A stretch of 64,000 nucleotides of DNA from a virus. A program made the translations under genes and the position numbers. The notes under the pieces were generated by a model. The model was not told where the DNA came from, did no database searches, and saw only the letters and a program-made list of their open reading frames with translations. The stretch lies in IMG/VR virus record IMGVR_UViG_3300010381_000012. One strand, written 5' to 3'. Shown here piece after piece: positions 17,686 through 26,677 of the stretch; positions within the stretch are counted from its first letter, which is position 1, and each line of letters begins with the position of its first letter.

Positions 17686-18657
17686 ATGGACATGACCGTA
17701 ACCCACGGGACTCCTGCCCCATACGGGCCTGACGCCATCACGCGCACACTCGACCGTGCCGGCGGCTCTGCCGAAGCCTCGGCGTCTGCCCGGATGCGTG
17801 GCCGCCCCTTTAACTGCTGCCGTGGCATGGGCCGGATGACCGGAGCACAGTGTCTCGCAAAATTTCGCGCCGATCACCCCACGTGCTCCAGGGACAACGG
17901 CTGCACCGTGGGCAGAATCGAGGACGCAAAACATCTGGAGGATACCATGGCGAGAGGAATTTGCAGAAATCCCGAATGCCCGAACGCTGGTGAACGACTT
18001 CGCCTGGTTGCCCGCGGCTTTTGTTCAAAGTGCTACCCCAAGGTGCTCAAAGGTCTGATTCCCGACCCGGACAAACAAGAGAAGGCGGAACCGGTTGACC
18101 CGTTGGAAATCCGGGAGTGCCCCGAAGAGTGTATCGAAGGTGGCGGCCTGAAGGCTGAAAACTCGCCCCTAAGGCTTGTGCACGAGGCCGAAACGACAGG
18201 AGAAAACAAGGGAACAGGGGTGGCGGCTTGCCAAGACCATTCCGGCGAGTCCACCAAAATGGTCCCCGACCTCCCCGAAGACCTCGACCGGCCGTTCCAT
18301 TTCGGCGGCTTCAACTTCGGCCCGGCCCCGCATCGCCGCATGGTCGGCTCCCATCTCGCGGCCATCACGGCCAAATCCCTGTCTCTGCGCACGGGCGTCA
18401 TCAACGAGCACGACCTGGGGCGCTACGACTACGCCCGCATCGCTGTTTCCACGGACGGCAAGGCCCTGGCCGTCAAGTTCTACCCGGACAAGCGCCCCGG
18501 TGCCCGGAAAATCCAACTCAAGCGTCGGTCGAATGCCCTCATCGCCATGGAGCCGTTGGTGGCCCAGCACCCGGAATGGATTGGGCGCGAGGCCCCGCTG
18601 GAATCCATGGGCGTCGAAGGGTGGTTCCTCATGCGCGTTGGCGGGGAGGCGGCGTAG
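17686..18657 (+). CDS. Hypothetical Cys-rich DNA-binding protein
   Basis: CRNPEC..RGFCSKCY zinc finger; AbrB-like beta-rich C-terminus (inference). Confidence 0.65.
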   Translation: MDMTVTHGTPAPYGPDAITRTLDRAGGSAEASASARMRGRPFNCCRGMGRMTGAQCLAKFRADHPTCSRDNGCTVGRIEDAKHLEDTMARGICRNPECPNAGERLRLVARGFCSKCYPKVLKGLIPDPDKQEKAEPVDPLEIRECPEECIEGGGLKAENSPLRLVHEAETTGENKGTGVAACQDHSGESTKMVPDLPEDLDRPFHFGGFNFGPAPHRRMVGSHLAAITAKSLSLRTGVINEHDLGRYDYARIAVSTDGKALAVKFYPDKRPGARKIQLKRRSNALIAMEPLVAQHPEWIGREAPLESMGVEGWFLMRVGGEAA

Positions 18658-18659
18658 CC

Positions 18660-18899
18660 ATGGCCGACAAACAACTCACCTGCCCGGGCTGCGGTGCAGC
18701 GATAACATGGACAGTCACAGAGCCCGGGAAATTGCACCTCGGGTGCGCCTGCCATTCCATGGTGTTCGACGTCGCCAAAGCTACGGAAGGCGACATTTCC
18801 GCCCTGAAGATGACTGTCGAGCGTGAGCTCCACGAAGCCTACGCGGAAACGATGGCCATGGTGGCAGCGATGGCGCCGGAAGCGGGGGTGCGGCAGTGA
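18660..18899 (+). CDS. Zinc-ribbon protein
   Basis: LTCPGCG..LGCACH. Confidence 0.6.
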   Translation: MADKQLTCPGCGAAITWTVTEPGKLHLGCACHSMVFDVAKATEGDISALKMTVERELHEAYAETMAMVAAMAPEAGVRQ

Positions 18900-19702
18900 C
18901 CAGCGCAGACGTCCGCACAGCCTTGCGCACGCGCTTCACCTCTCCAGAATGGGCGCTTTTCTTTGAGGTTGGAGACGGGACGGGCGCAAACCAACGGCGG
19001 TGGGCCGATGCCGTGGCCATGAATCTTTGGCCATCACGCGGCTTGGCGCTCCACGGATTTGAAATCAAAGTCTCCCGCTCCGACTGGCGGTCCGAACTCA
19101 AGAACCCGGCCAAGGCCGAACCGGTGTCGCAGTATTGCGATTACTGGTGGATTGTGGCCCCAGCCGGGATTGTCCCGAAGGAAGAGCTGCCCGACACGTG
19201 GGGTCTCTTCGAGGTTGTCCAGACGGGAAAGCTCAAACAGGTGGTTTCCGCTCCCCGACGTGAGGCCAAACCAGCGGGCCGACCGTTTATGGCCGCACTC
19301 CTGCGTCGAGCCGGGCAGGTGGACGAAGAGGACATCCGCAAGGCCGTGATGGTGGAGACCTCCAAGATCAGGGAACAGCATAAGAAGGAGGTGGATCGGG
19401 AGGTAAAACGGCAAGTGGAGCGGTACAGCCGCGTGGTTGAACGGGCGAAAGAAATTAAGGATTTGTGCGGCATCGACCTCCTTCATTGGACGCCAACGGA
19501 AGAAATTTCGTCCGCCATAAGATTCGTTTTAACGGCTGGAGCCGCTAATTCCTATGGCGGAATCGACCGCATCAGGAACAGCTTACGCCGTGCTCTGGAA
19601 CAGATGGATCAAGCTGTTGAAGAGGCACAAGGCCAGAGGGAGGCCATAGATTCCCCTGCACCGTGCAGCGGCCACGCCAGTGTGGTTCAGGTAGGAGCGT
19701 GA
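18896..19702 (+). CDS. MmcB-like PD-(D/E)xK endonuclease
   Basis: FEV..RWADAVAMNLWPSRG..GFEIKVSRSDWRSEL..KAE..YCDYWW. Confidence 0.85.
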   Translation: MTSADVRTALRTRFTSPEWALFFEVGDGTGANQRRWADAVAMNLWPSRGLALHGFEIKVSRSDWRSELKNPAKAEPVSQYCDYWWIVAPAGIVPKEELPDTWGLFEVVQTGKLKQVVSAPRREAKPAGRPFMAALLRRAGQVDEEDIRKAVMVETSKIREQHKKEVDREVKRQVERYSRVVERAKEIKDLCGIDLLHWTPTEEISSAIRFVLTAGAANSYGGIDRIRNSLRRALEQMDQAVEEAQGQREAIDSPAPCSGHASVVQVGA

Positions 19703-19704
19703 GC

Positions 19705-20073
19705 ATGTACGACCAATCTGCCCATATCACCGACCTGCAGGCCCGCAACACCGAACTGGTCTCCCAGGTCCGCATCCTCGAACGCGCCCTAAGCGACAGG
19801 GGGCCGGGTATCTCGGCGATCCTCCACGCCTACCACAAGGCCATCGAGAAGCATCAGCGGTTCCCGGCCGCCATTGACTCCCAAGGGGTAATCCTGGCCG
19901 AGGAGTTGCTCGAGGCTATGGCCGATCTCAATGCGGCCGGCCTAGCTGTCATCCGTGCCATCAACGACCACCGGGACGAAAATCCCGACCTGGATCGGGT
20001 GCGGGAAGAATACACCCACGTGGGGGCGGTTGTGCTGCGGACGCTGGGCAAATTGGCAGGAGCCAAGGGGTAG
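19705..20073 (+). CDS. MazG-like all-alpha NTP pyrophosphatase
   Basis: ILAEELLEA..VREEYTHVGAVVLR. Confidence 0.55.
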   Translation: MYDQSAHITDLQARNTELVSQVRILERALSDRGPGISAILHAYHKAIEKHQRFPAAIDSQGVILAEELLEAMADLNAAGLAVIRAINDHRDENPDLDRVREEYTHVGAVVLRTLGKLAGAKG

Positions 20074-20077
20074 GAAA

Positions 20078-21064
20078 ATGGCCAATAAGGCCCCGGCATT
20101 TCAGTTTTACGCCAAGGACTGGCTGGACATGCGCGTCATGCGCATGAGCTACGAAGCCCAGGGCGTCTATGCACGCCTCTTGGCGCATATGTGGGCCGAC
20201 TCCCCGAACCAATGCTCTATCGAAAACAACCCCAAGATGCTCTCCCGTTTGCTCGGGTTGAGCGCAAAAAAATTTCAAAAAATCATCGCAGAAATTCAAT
20301 GGCCGAATGATCCTATCTTCCTCGAGGAGGACGGTTTTTTCATCTCGAAGCGTCTCCGTAAGGAGAAAGAAAAACAAGTAAAGATAAGCACTAAGAGGGC
20401 AGAAGCAGCCGAAAACCGGTGGGGTAAAACGGATGCAAATGCATCTGCAAATGCAAAGCAAGCGCAATGCAAACAGGATGCTCTTCAGTCTTCATCTTCA
20501 TCTTCGGATGAAGAGAAGAATAACAGGGTGTCCCCCCTACCCCCCAGAGGGGGGCAAGGCCCTGTCGTTTTGCCTCCGTCCCCCGAGGATGACCCGGACG
20601 CCCAGCCGGGTGCCGAGATTTCCAGCCTCAACGATTGCGTCGTTGAGTTTCAGGACCTCGCAGCAGCTTACCAGCAGGCCGGGGGGTTCGTGGACGTTGC
20701 GCCAGCCTACAAGCTCTACGAAGCCATGCGCCACAATTTCCCGCTGGCCAGGATCGTGGCCGATCTGGAGCAGCGCAAACTTTGCGACCAATGGCAGCGC
20801 GGGAAAATTCCGAAGCTTTCAAACTATCTCCGGGATCGGGTTTGGCTCAATGCGATTCAGACCCGGGCCAGTCCGTCTCGCGACCCGACCACGCCGAGGA
20901 ATTACCGGGAATGTCAGGATGCCGAACGCCGCCAGGAGGCAGAGCGCTTGAGAGCAGGGAGGATGCAGCATGGTCAGACTGGAATGGGCACTGATCCGCA
21001 CAGCACTGGGAGAATGCAACATGCGGCTCTCCCCGCATCTGCGGCTCCTACCGGCCGAACTTGA
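20078..21064 (+). CDS. Replication initiator (YdaU/DUF1376 type)
   Basis: PAFQFYAKDWL..MSYEAQGVYARLLAHMW. Confidence 0.88.
   Translation: MANKAPAFQFYAKDWLDMRVMRMSYEAQGVYARLLAHMWADSPNQCSIENNPKMLSRLLGLSAKKFQKIIAEIQWPNDPIFLEEDGFFISKRLRKEKEKQVKISTKRAEAAENRWGKTDANASANAKQAQCKQDALQSSSSSSDEEKNNRVSPLPPRGGQGPVVLPPSPEDDPDAQPGAEISSLNDCVVEFQDLAAAYQQAGGFVDVAPAYKLYEAMRHNFPLARIVADLEQRKLCDQWQRGKIPKLSNYLRDRVWLNAIQTRASPSRDPTTPRNYRECQDAERRQEAERLRAGRMQHGQTGMGTDPHSTGRMQHAALPASAAPTGRT
20432..20506. repeat. Probable origin iterons inside initiator gene
   Basis: TGCAAATGCA twice plus GCAATGCAAA, then TCTTC(A) four times. Confidence 0.55.
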
Positions 21065-21329
21065 CGGGTGTGCGGATATTTTGGCTAAGGACCTCGCCCC
21101 ATGGACGAACCGACGTTTTCTGGCGGCCGTTGATGAGCACCGCCGGCGCTCGAATTTTGTCCCGACCACCCGTGATTTGATCGTGGCCGATCAGGTCGCC
21201 CCGACTGAGCCTGAGCGTAGCCCGCTGCCACCTGGGGAGGAGGATCTGGAAGCGCAGTTTGCGATAAACCGCGCCGGCGTCCGCCGCATCCTTGACGAGG
21301 TTTGCCGCGGTAAACGGGTGGTGGCATGA
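20970..21329 (+). CDS. Helicase-loader/P-like replication protein
   Basis: Follows initiator; FLAAVDEHRRRSNFVPT pattern. Confidence 0.55.
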   Translation: MVRLEWALIRTALGECNMRLSPHLRLLPAELDGCADILAKDLAPWTNRRFLAAVDEHRRRSNFVPTTRDLIVADQVAPTEPERSPLPPGEEDLEAQFAINRAGVRRILDEVCRGKRVVA

Positions 21330-21517
21330 CCCGCCCTTGCGACGACCACCCTGGCATCCGCTGCGCCACTGGTGGTGTGTGCCGCGGTAAACTGTACTGG
21401 GAGGGGAAGGCCGATAGGCCGAAACCGCTCTCTCAGGTTCCCGAATGCAAATGGCCCGGCCGAGCGTGGGAATGCGTTAGGCTGGATAATCTCGATCAAA
21501 CCATCAACCCGGCCTGA
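21326..21517 (+). CDS. Cys-rich microprotein
   Basis: PC..C...C...EC..EC; ATGA coupled. Confidence 0.55.
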   Translation: MTRPCDDHPGIRCATGGVCRGKLYWEGKADRPKPLSQVPECKWPGRAWECVRLDNLDQTINPA

Positions 21518-21538
21518 CGTGGCCGGCAGGAGGACAAA

Positions 21539-21958
21539 ATGGATCGGTACGAAGCGATAAAAGAGGCTCTGGAGATCGTTAAGGCCCAGGCGAGCGTGCG
21601 CACCATGAACGAGGATGAAATCGTCTCCATGGTCGGAAATTTGGCCCATGGGATTCAGGTGGCGGCCGGAACGATGCCGGTGCCCGAAGCCGAACAGCCG
21701 GCCCTGGCCGTCGATCCCAAGAAGGCCATCCGCGAGGCCAGCATCACCTGCCTCGAATGCGGAAAGTCGTTCAAGATCCTGACCAAGAAGCATCTGGCCG
21801 CGCATGGCATCACGCCGGAGGAATACCGCGAGAAGTACGGCATGAAGAAGGGTACCCCCCTGGCCTGCAAGTCCCTGCAGCGGGAGCGCCGCAAGAAGAT
21901 GCGGGAGATGAAGTTGTGGGAGCGGCGTCAGAAGCCGGAAACCGAGGCGAAGCAGTAG
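21539..21958 (+). CDS. mucR: Ros/MucR-family regulator
   Basis: DPKKAIREASITCLECGKSFKILTKKHLAAHGITPEEYREKYG. Confidence 0.93.
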   Translation: MDRYEAIKEALEIVKAQASVRTMNEDEIVSMVGNLAHGIQVAAGTMPVPEAEQPALAVDPKKAIREASITCLECGKSFKILTKKHLAAHGITPEEYREKYGMKKGTPLACKSLQRERRKKMREMKLWERRQKPETEAKQ

Positions 21959-21959
21959 C

Positions 21960-22478
21960 ATGCCCGGGGCGCGCGTTGACATTTCCGAAATTCATGCGGC
22001 CGGCGGCCTCAAGCCGTGGCTTGAGCGAGAATTGCGAACTGCTGGCGTGCGCCCTCTCTCACTTGTTTCCAAAAAGGAAACAGATCCGAATCGGCCAAAA
22101 CCGGCCAAGCGGTCGGAGCATGACGAGCAGGCCCTTGTCGTCGCCCGGGCTGAAGCGCTTGCCCCGAGCGTGCCGGCGTTGAAGTTGCTTCATGCCATAC
22201 CCAACGGCGGGCACCGGAACAAGGCGACAGCCGGGAAGCTCAAGGCCGAAGGAGTCAAGTCCGGAGTGCCGGATTTGTGTTTGCCTGTGCCTATGGGCGA
22301 TTGGCACGGCCTCTACGTTGAGATGAAGGCCCACAAAGGCCGGGTGAGCGACGAACAACGACAGTGGCTCATGGCCCTGCGCGCACACGGCTACCGCGCG
22401 GAGGTCTGCGTTGGGGCGGACGCGGCGTGGCGGATGATTTGTGAGTATCTGGGAATCGGGGACGAGCACCGGGGGTAG
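21960..22478 (+). CDS. VRR-NUC nuclease / Holliday junction resolvase
   Basis: EHDEQ..HAIPNGG..GVPDL..YVEMK..SDEQRQW. Confidence 0.9.
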   Translation: MPGARVDISEIHAAGGLKPWLERELRTAGVRPLSLVSKKETDPNRPKPAKRSEHDEQALVVARAEALAPSVPALKLLHAIPNGGHRNKATAGKLKAEGVKSGVPDLCLPVPMGDWHGLYVEMKAHKGRVSDEQRQWLMALRAHGYRAEVCVGADAAWRMICEYLGIGDEHRG

Positions 22479-22500
22479 GCCTGACGGCCTGGGAGAGAGG

Positions 22501-22752
22501 ATGCAACAGGACGTGTTGGCACAAATCATGGCTGAGGCGATTGGGCCGGAACAAGCGCAGAAAGCCGCCCAGGCGCTTGTTGATTCCATCGGTGGATCAC
22601 GGATCGATATCCCCAAGGGTGACATGGAGAAACGCAACGTGAGGAACAGGCAGATCAAGTCATTGTACCGGCAAGGGGTTGGATTCTCGTTTCTGGCGGA
22701 CCGCTTCGCCATGAGCGAAAAAAGCATTCGGAGGATTGTGAAGGCAAGCTGA
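22501..22752 (+). CDS. Mor/C-family late transcription activator
   Basis: IGGSRIDIPK..RNRQI..LADRFAMSEKSIRRIV. Confidence 0.88.
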   Translation: MQQDVLAQIMAEAIGPEQAQKAAQALVDSIGGSRIDIPKGDMEKRNVRNRQIKSLYRQGVGFSFLADRFAMSEKSIRRIVKAS

Positions 22753-22760
22753 CGCATTTT

Positions 22761-22805
22761 TTTCCCACCCCGGGGGCGGCGCGTGTCCAAACGGCCGCCC
22801 ATGCT
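22761..22805 (+). promoter_or_regulatory. Putative activator-dependent late promoter 1
   Basis: TTTCCCAC-N4-GGGGCGGCGCGTGTCCA-N10-CATGCT; motif shared with 37841 and 52786. Confidence 0.65.
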
Positions 22806-22872
22806 GGCCCCAACAAACGGCCCGCCCCACTCCATCCGGCTGTGCGCGGCGGGCCACCCTTGGGGGCCGCCT

Positions 22873-23721
22873 ATGTCATACCGATTCGGGAGCCAATCCC
22901 AGGCCAATCTAGCCCAATGCCACCCGGCACTCCAAGCTGTGGCCAGGCAGGCGCTTCAGGTTTCCGCCGTCGATTTCTCCATCACCGCCGGCGCCGGCCT
23001 TTGCTTGGTCGTAGCCCCCTATCCCGTCAGCGCTTCGCCTGCGAAATTTGAGAGAATCGCCACCGCATTCAAGCAGGCCGCCCAGAATCAGAGCGTCAAC
23101 CTGCGGTGGAGCGGTGATTTCAAATGCTTCGCCGACTCCGGCCATATCGAGATCGACGAGCCGACCGGCGGGCAGTGGCCGGCATCCTCCCCGGCTGCTG
23201 CCCCGGAGTCGGTGCAATCAGGTTCCGTCGCTCAGGGCGGCCCAGCCTACGAAAAACTCATTGCCTGGCTCAAGGCCGAAGAGGGCCTTGTCCTTAAGGG
23301 GCACTGGGACCGTATCGGGAAGGTTTGGGACATCGGCTACGGCTACAACCTCACCGCCCACGGCGTGCCCGACCACGAAGCCCGCGGCCTCGTCTGGACT
23401 CCCGAACAGGCCGACAAGGCCCTGCGCACCGAGGTAGCCGCGGCCATGGTCGAGCTCGAATCCCATTGGCCTCGCTGGGACGATGAGTTCGACCAGGTGC
23501 GACAAACCGTTTTTGTCTCCGGGGTCTACCAGCTCGGCGTCGGCGGTGCTTCGACATTTCACAACACCATCGCCTGCATCCGGTCCCACGATTTCCCCGG
23601 GGCTGTCCGCAATCTCCATGCCTCAAAATGGGCGCGCCAGACGCCGGCCCGTGTCGGGCGCATTGAGCAGATGCTTTTGACCGGGGAGTGGCCGAAATCC
23701 GCCAACGGGGTGACGCTATGA
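22873..23721 (+). CDS. Endolysin: degenerate M15-peptidase-like domain + GH24-type lysozyme
   Basis: N-part YRFG..HPAL..VDFSI..WSGDF..DSGHIEI; C-part EEG..D..WDIGYG..SKWARQTPARV. Confidence 0.85.
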   Translation: MSYRFGSQSQANLAQCHPALQAVARQALQVSAVDFSITAGAGLCLVVAPYPVSASPAKFERIATAFKQAAQNQSVNLRWSGDFKCFADSGHIEIDEPTGGQWPASSPAAAPESVQSGSVAQGGPAYEKLIAWLKAEEGLVLKGHWDRIGKVWDIGYGYNLTAHGVPDHEARGLVWTPEQADKALRTEVAAAMVELESHWPRWDDEFDQVRQTVFVSGVYQLGVGGASTFHNTIACIRSHDFPGAVRNLHASKWARQTPARVGRIEQMLLTGEWPKSANGVTL

Positions 23722-23885
23722 CCATCCAGGAAGCCAAGGAAAAGGGCCTCTGCCGCGATTGCATCTACCGCGTGGTCGGTCCCGGAGAAATGCAGTGCAG
23801 CAGCCCGCACCCGGAGGACAGGCCCTGTCCCGGGAAACGGTCGCGCGAGGAGTTGATGCGCGAGGCAGGGGGCGAGCGACAATGA
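23718..23885 (+). CDS. Cys-rich microprotein
   Basis: LCRDCIY..MQC..PC. Confidence 0.55.
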   Translation: MTIQEAKEKGLCRDCIYRVVGPGEMQCSSPHPEDRPCPGKRSREELMREAGGERQ

Positions 23886-24142
23886 ACCCCTTCAACTCCA
23901 GGAAGCTGATTCAGGGCCTCGCCGCTATCGCCGTCCTTGCCGCTAGCGCAAAGCTCGGCCTGAGCGAGCACACCATCTGGATCCTCGGCGGTGTCGCCCT
24001 GGCGTGCAGCGGCTCCCAAGCCCTTCAGGACCTGTGCAAGGCCGCCACTGAGCTTTTGCGCGTCTGGTCGGACCTCAAGCCCTTCATCTTGAGCCAGGAG
24101 CAACCATGCGATTCCTCTGCGCCCTCCTCGCCGTCGTCGTAG
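23882..24142 (+). CDS. Holin-like protein
   Basis: SRKL..two hydrophobic helices; in lysis cassette. Confidence 0.65.
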   Translation: MNPFNSRKLIQGLAAIAVLAASAKLGLSEHTIWILGGVALACSGSQALQDLCKAATELLRVWSDLKPFILSQEQPCDSSAPSSPSS

Positions 24143-24270
24143 CCTTGGCCACGGCCGGATGCGCTCGGTTGCTAGGCTTCGACGTGCGCCTCGGGCCGCC
24201 GGCCCCGTTCTGGACAGATACACTGGCCGGCCCGGACCGCGTCCAGTCCGAGCCGCTGATTCGGAGGTAA
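24106..24270 (+). CDS. Small lipoprotein (o-spanin-like candidate)
   Basis: MRFLCALLAVVVALATAG-C lipobox, Pro-rich 54 aa; AGGAG RBS. Confidence 0.65.
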   Translation: MRFLCALLAVVVALATAGCARLLGFDVRLGPPAPFWTDTLAGPDRVQSEPLIRR

Positions 24271-25196
24271 TGGGCATGCGCATCGTTTCCTACGACGGCG
24301 GCGGGATAAAAGGCTACCTGCCGGCCATTGTCACGGCCGCCATGGAGTCGAGCACGGGGAAGCCAATGGGCATCATGGCCGACATGCTGGCCGGCACCTC
24401 CACCGGGGCGATTCTCGCGCTTGGCCTGGCTGCCGGTATCCCCGCCGGGGAGATGGCCAACTTCTACCGCGCCAAGGGCCCGGCCATCTTCCGGCGCTCC
24501 TGGGGTAAGCGGCTGCGGTCGTGCTTTGGCGTGGCGGATGAGCAGTACAGCAACGACGCGCTCCATGCTGGCCTGCGCGACATTTTCGGGGACAAGAAGC
24601 TCTCCGGCCTCGCCACCCCCTGCATGGCCGTGGCCTATGAGATCGAGACACGGCAGGTGCTCTTTTTCACGTCCTGGGACGCACAGCGTGATCCACACCG
24701 GGACTTCACGTTGGTTGACGTGGCCATGGCTTCGGCTGCGGCGCCCACGTACTTTGAACCATGGGCCGCGATGAGCGTCGCCGGCGACCGCCTTGCCTGC
24801 ATCGACGGCGGCGTGGCGGCCAATGACCCGGCGCAATGCGCCCTAGTCGAAGTGCTCAAGTATGGGTACGGGCTCGAGGGAATCTCCCTTGTATCACTCG
24901 GCACAGGCCAGGAAGATCGGGCCTACCTGCTCAAGCATGCCCGCAACTGGGGGCTCGCTGCCTGGGCCCGGCCGCTGCTCGATATCCTTTTCGCCGCGGC
25001 TTCCGACGTCACCGATCACCATTGCCGCCACATGCTTCCAGGCCGGTACGTGCGGCTCCAGCAGGATATGAGCGAGCCCGTGGGGATGGACCAGACGGAT
25101 GACCGAGCCTGGGCCGTCATGCGCATGTGCGCCAGGAAGATCGTGGAGCGGGATGAGTTCACGGCGGCCCGGAGGCTACTCAAAGGGGAGGCGTAG
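24270..25196 (+). CDS. Patatin-like phospholipase
   Basis: DGGGIKG oxyanion loop; GTSTG nucleophile; SAAAPTYF; DGG. Confidence 0.95.
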   Translation: MGMRIVSYDGGGIKGYLPAIVTAAMESSTGKPMGIMADMLAGTSTGAILALGLAAGIPAGEMANFYRAKGPAIFRRSWGKRLRSCFGVADEQYSNDALHAGLRDIFGDKKLSGLATPCMAVAYEIETRQVLFFTSWDAQRDPHRDFTLVDVAMASAAAPTYFEPWAAMSVAGDRLACIDGGVAANDPAQCALVEVLKYGYGLEGISLVSLGTGQEDRAYLLKHARNWGLAAWARPLLDILFAAASDVTDHHCRHMLPGRYVRLQQDMSEPVGMDQTDDRAWAVMRMCARKIVERDEFTAARRLLKGEA

Positions 25197-25198
25197 GC

Positions 25199-25453
25199 GT
25201 GGGTGAGGACGAGGTTAGGCGCATTGCCGAGGCTGTGGCGGCGGCTCTCACAAAAGAAGGGGCCGGGAAGTGCGGGGTGCCAACATGCTGCGCAAAATGT
25301 CCCATCTCCCCGGAAGAGCACGCCGAGCAGCATCGCGCCATGAAGGGAGCCTTGAAAATTCGATCCATCATCGTGGTCAAGATACTGGAATATGGAGCTA
25401 TTGTTATTGCAGTTTGGGCGCTGACCAGGATGGGATTCAAGGTCCCGCAGTAG
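25199..25453 (+). CDS. C-terminally anchored membrane protein
   Basis: C-terminal TM ILEYGAIVIAVWALT; end of lysis cassette. Confidence 0.65.
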   Translation: MGEDEVRRIAEAVAAALTKEGAGKCGVPTCCAKCPISPEEHAEQHRAMKGALKIRSIIVVKILEYGAIVIAVWALTRMGFKVPQ

Positions 25454-25780
25454 CCCAGGCAGGCCAAAACCTCGCGGCGGCTCCACCCGGCCGCCGATAT
25501 GCCCGGCAGGCCAAGTAAGTCCGGGCGAACGGATAAACGGGAACCTCTTTTTGGAAGGCGTGTGTCGAGTGGGTGAGCCTGCCCCGGGGGAAACTGTCGT
25601 TAAGCCCCGTCAACAACGATCGGCAGGCACCATGGTAGGCCCGATTATTTCGCGAGGAAGAGGCACAGGATATGGCCGGTTTCAGGGATTTCTAGGGGTG
25701 AATTGCGCCTTGAGCGTGAGCAAAATTTCGGCAGAGGCAACGAAATTCTCCGAAACAACCTCTTGGAGGAGGTGAAAGTC

Positions 25781-25909
25781 ATGGCGACCGCAATGCAGTC
25801 GGCAATCAACAAGGCGACCGGCGTTTCGCGCAACACCACGCGGGCCATCCGCAAGAACCAGCTTCGGACCGCCGCCCGGCGTAAGTCCCGGGGAGGCCAG
25901 GGAGGTTAA
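25781..25909 (+). CDS. Basic micropeptide A (42 aa, ends RGGQGG)
   Basis: Strong RBS GGAGGAGGTGA; MATAMQSAINKATGVSRNTTRAIRKNQLRTAARRKSRGGQGG. Confidence 0.75.
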   Translation: MATAMQSAINKATGVSRNTTRAIRKNQLRTAARRKSRGGQGG

Positions 25910-25915
25910 CCCACC

Positions 25916-26008
25916 ATGGGCAAGGTTATCGCTTCCATCTTGAACCGCCGTCGTGGCCAACTCAAAAAGGCGGCTACGCGTAAAACGCGCGGCGGCCAGG
26001 GAGGCTAA
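25916..26008 (+). CDS. Basic micropeptide B (30 aa, ends RGGQGG); absent from ORF track
   Basis: GGAGGT RBS; MGKVIASILNRRRGQLKKAATRKTRGGQGG; paralog of A. Confidence 0.75.
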   Translation: MGKVIASILNRRRGQLKKAATRKTRGGQGG

Positions 26009-26014
26009 CCGTCA

Positions 26015-26677
26015 ATGGCCGGACTCTACCTGTCCATACAGGCTGCGTCGGCCATCACCGACCGGGTCCTTGTCGGCGTCTCATGCGGCAAGGATTCGGT
26101 CGTTACTCTTGACCTGTGTGCTCGGAATTTCAAGCACGTTGAGGCCTTCTTCATGTACTACGTGAAGGGCCTTGAGTTTCAGGAAGCGGCTCTTCGGCAC
26201 TACGAAAAGCGCTACGGCATCAACATCCATCGTATCCCCCACTTCATGCTTTCGGAATGGCTCCGGTATGGAACATTCCGGCTTATGGACTTTGAAACGC
26301 CTATCGTTTCCGTTCGGGAGACTTACGATTACCTACGCGAGAAGACGGGAATATACTGGATAGCGTGCGGAGAGCGTATAGCCGATTCCGTCGTGCGCCG
26401 GGCGATGATTAAGCACTCAAGCAGTATCGATGAGGACAGGGGACGTTTCTACCCCGTGGCGGAATGGAAAAAGGCTGACGTCATGGCCTACATCAAGCAA
26501 CGCCGTCTGTTCCTTGGCCCTGAATCGGCAAAGCTTGGGTTTTCCTTTCGGTCGCTTATGCCCGTCGACCTCATGAAAATCAGAGAGCATTTCCCAGATG
26601 ATTTTAACCGCATCAAAGTCTGGTTCCCGCTCGTAGAGGCCAGCATCAAGCAATATGAGTACGCCCAAAATCAGTAA
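26015..26677 (+). CDS. PAPS-reductase-like PP-loop protein
   Basis: VLVGVSCGKDS PP-loop; GERIADSVVRR; FYPVAEW. Confidence 0.9.
   Translation: MAGLYLSIQAASAITDRVLVGVSCGKDSVVTLDLCARNFKHVEAFFMYYVKGLEFQEAALRHYEKRYGINIHRIPHFMLSEWLRYGTFRLMDFETPIVSVRETYDYLREKTGIYWIACGERIADSVVRRAMIKHSSSIDEDRGRFYPVAEWKKADVMAYIKQRRLFLGPESAKLGFSFRSLMPVDLMKIREHFPDDFNRIKVWFPLVEASIKQYEYAQNQ

Noticed and set aside
25520-25540. Type I-E-like handle CGGATAAACGG after a hairpin
   Set aside because: Stem is only 4 bp and the 5' repeat part is absent; likely chance.
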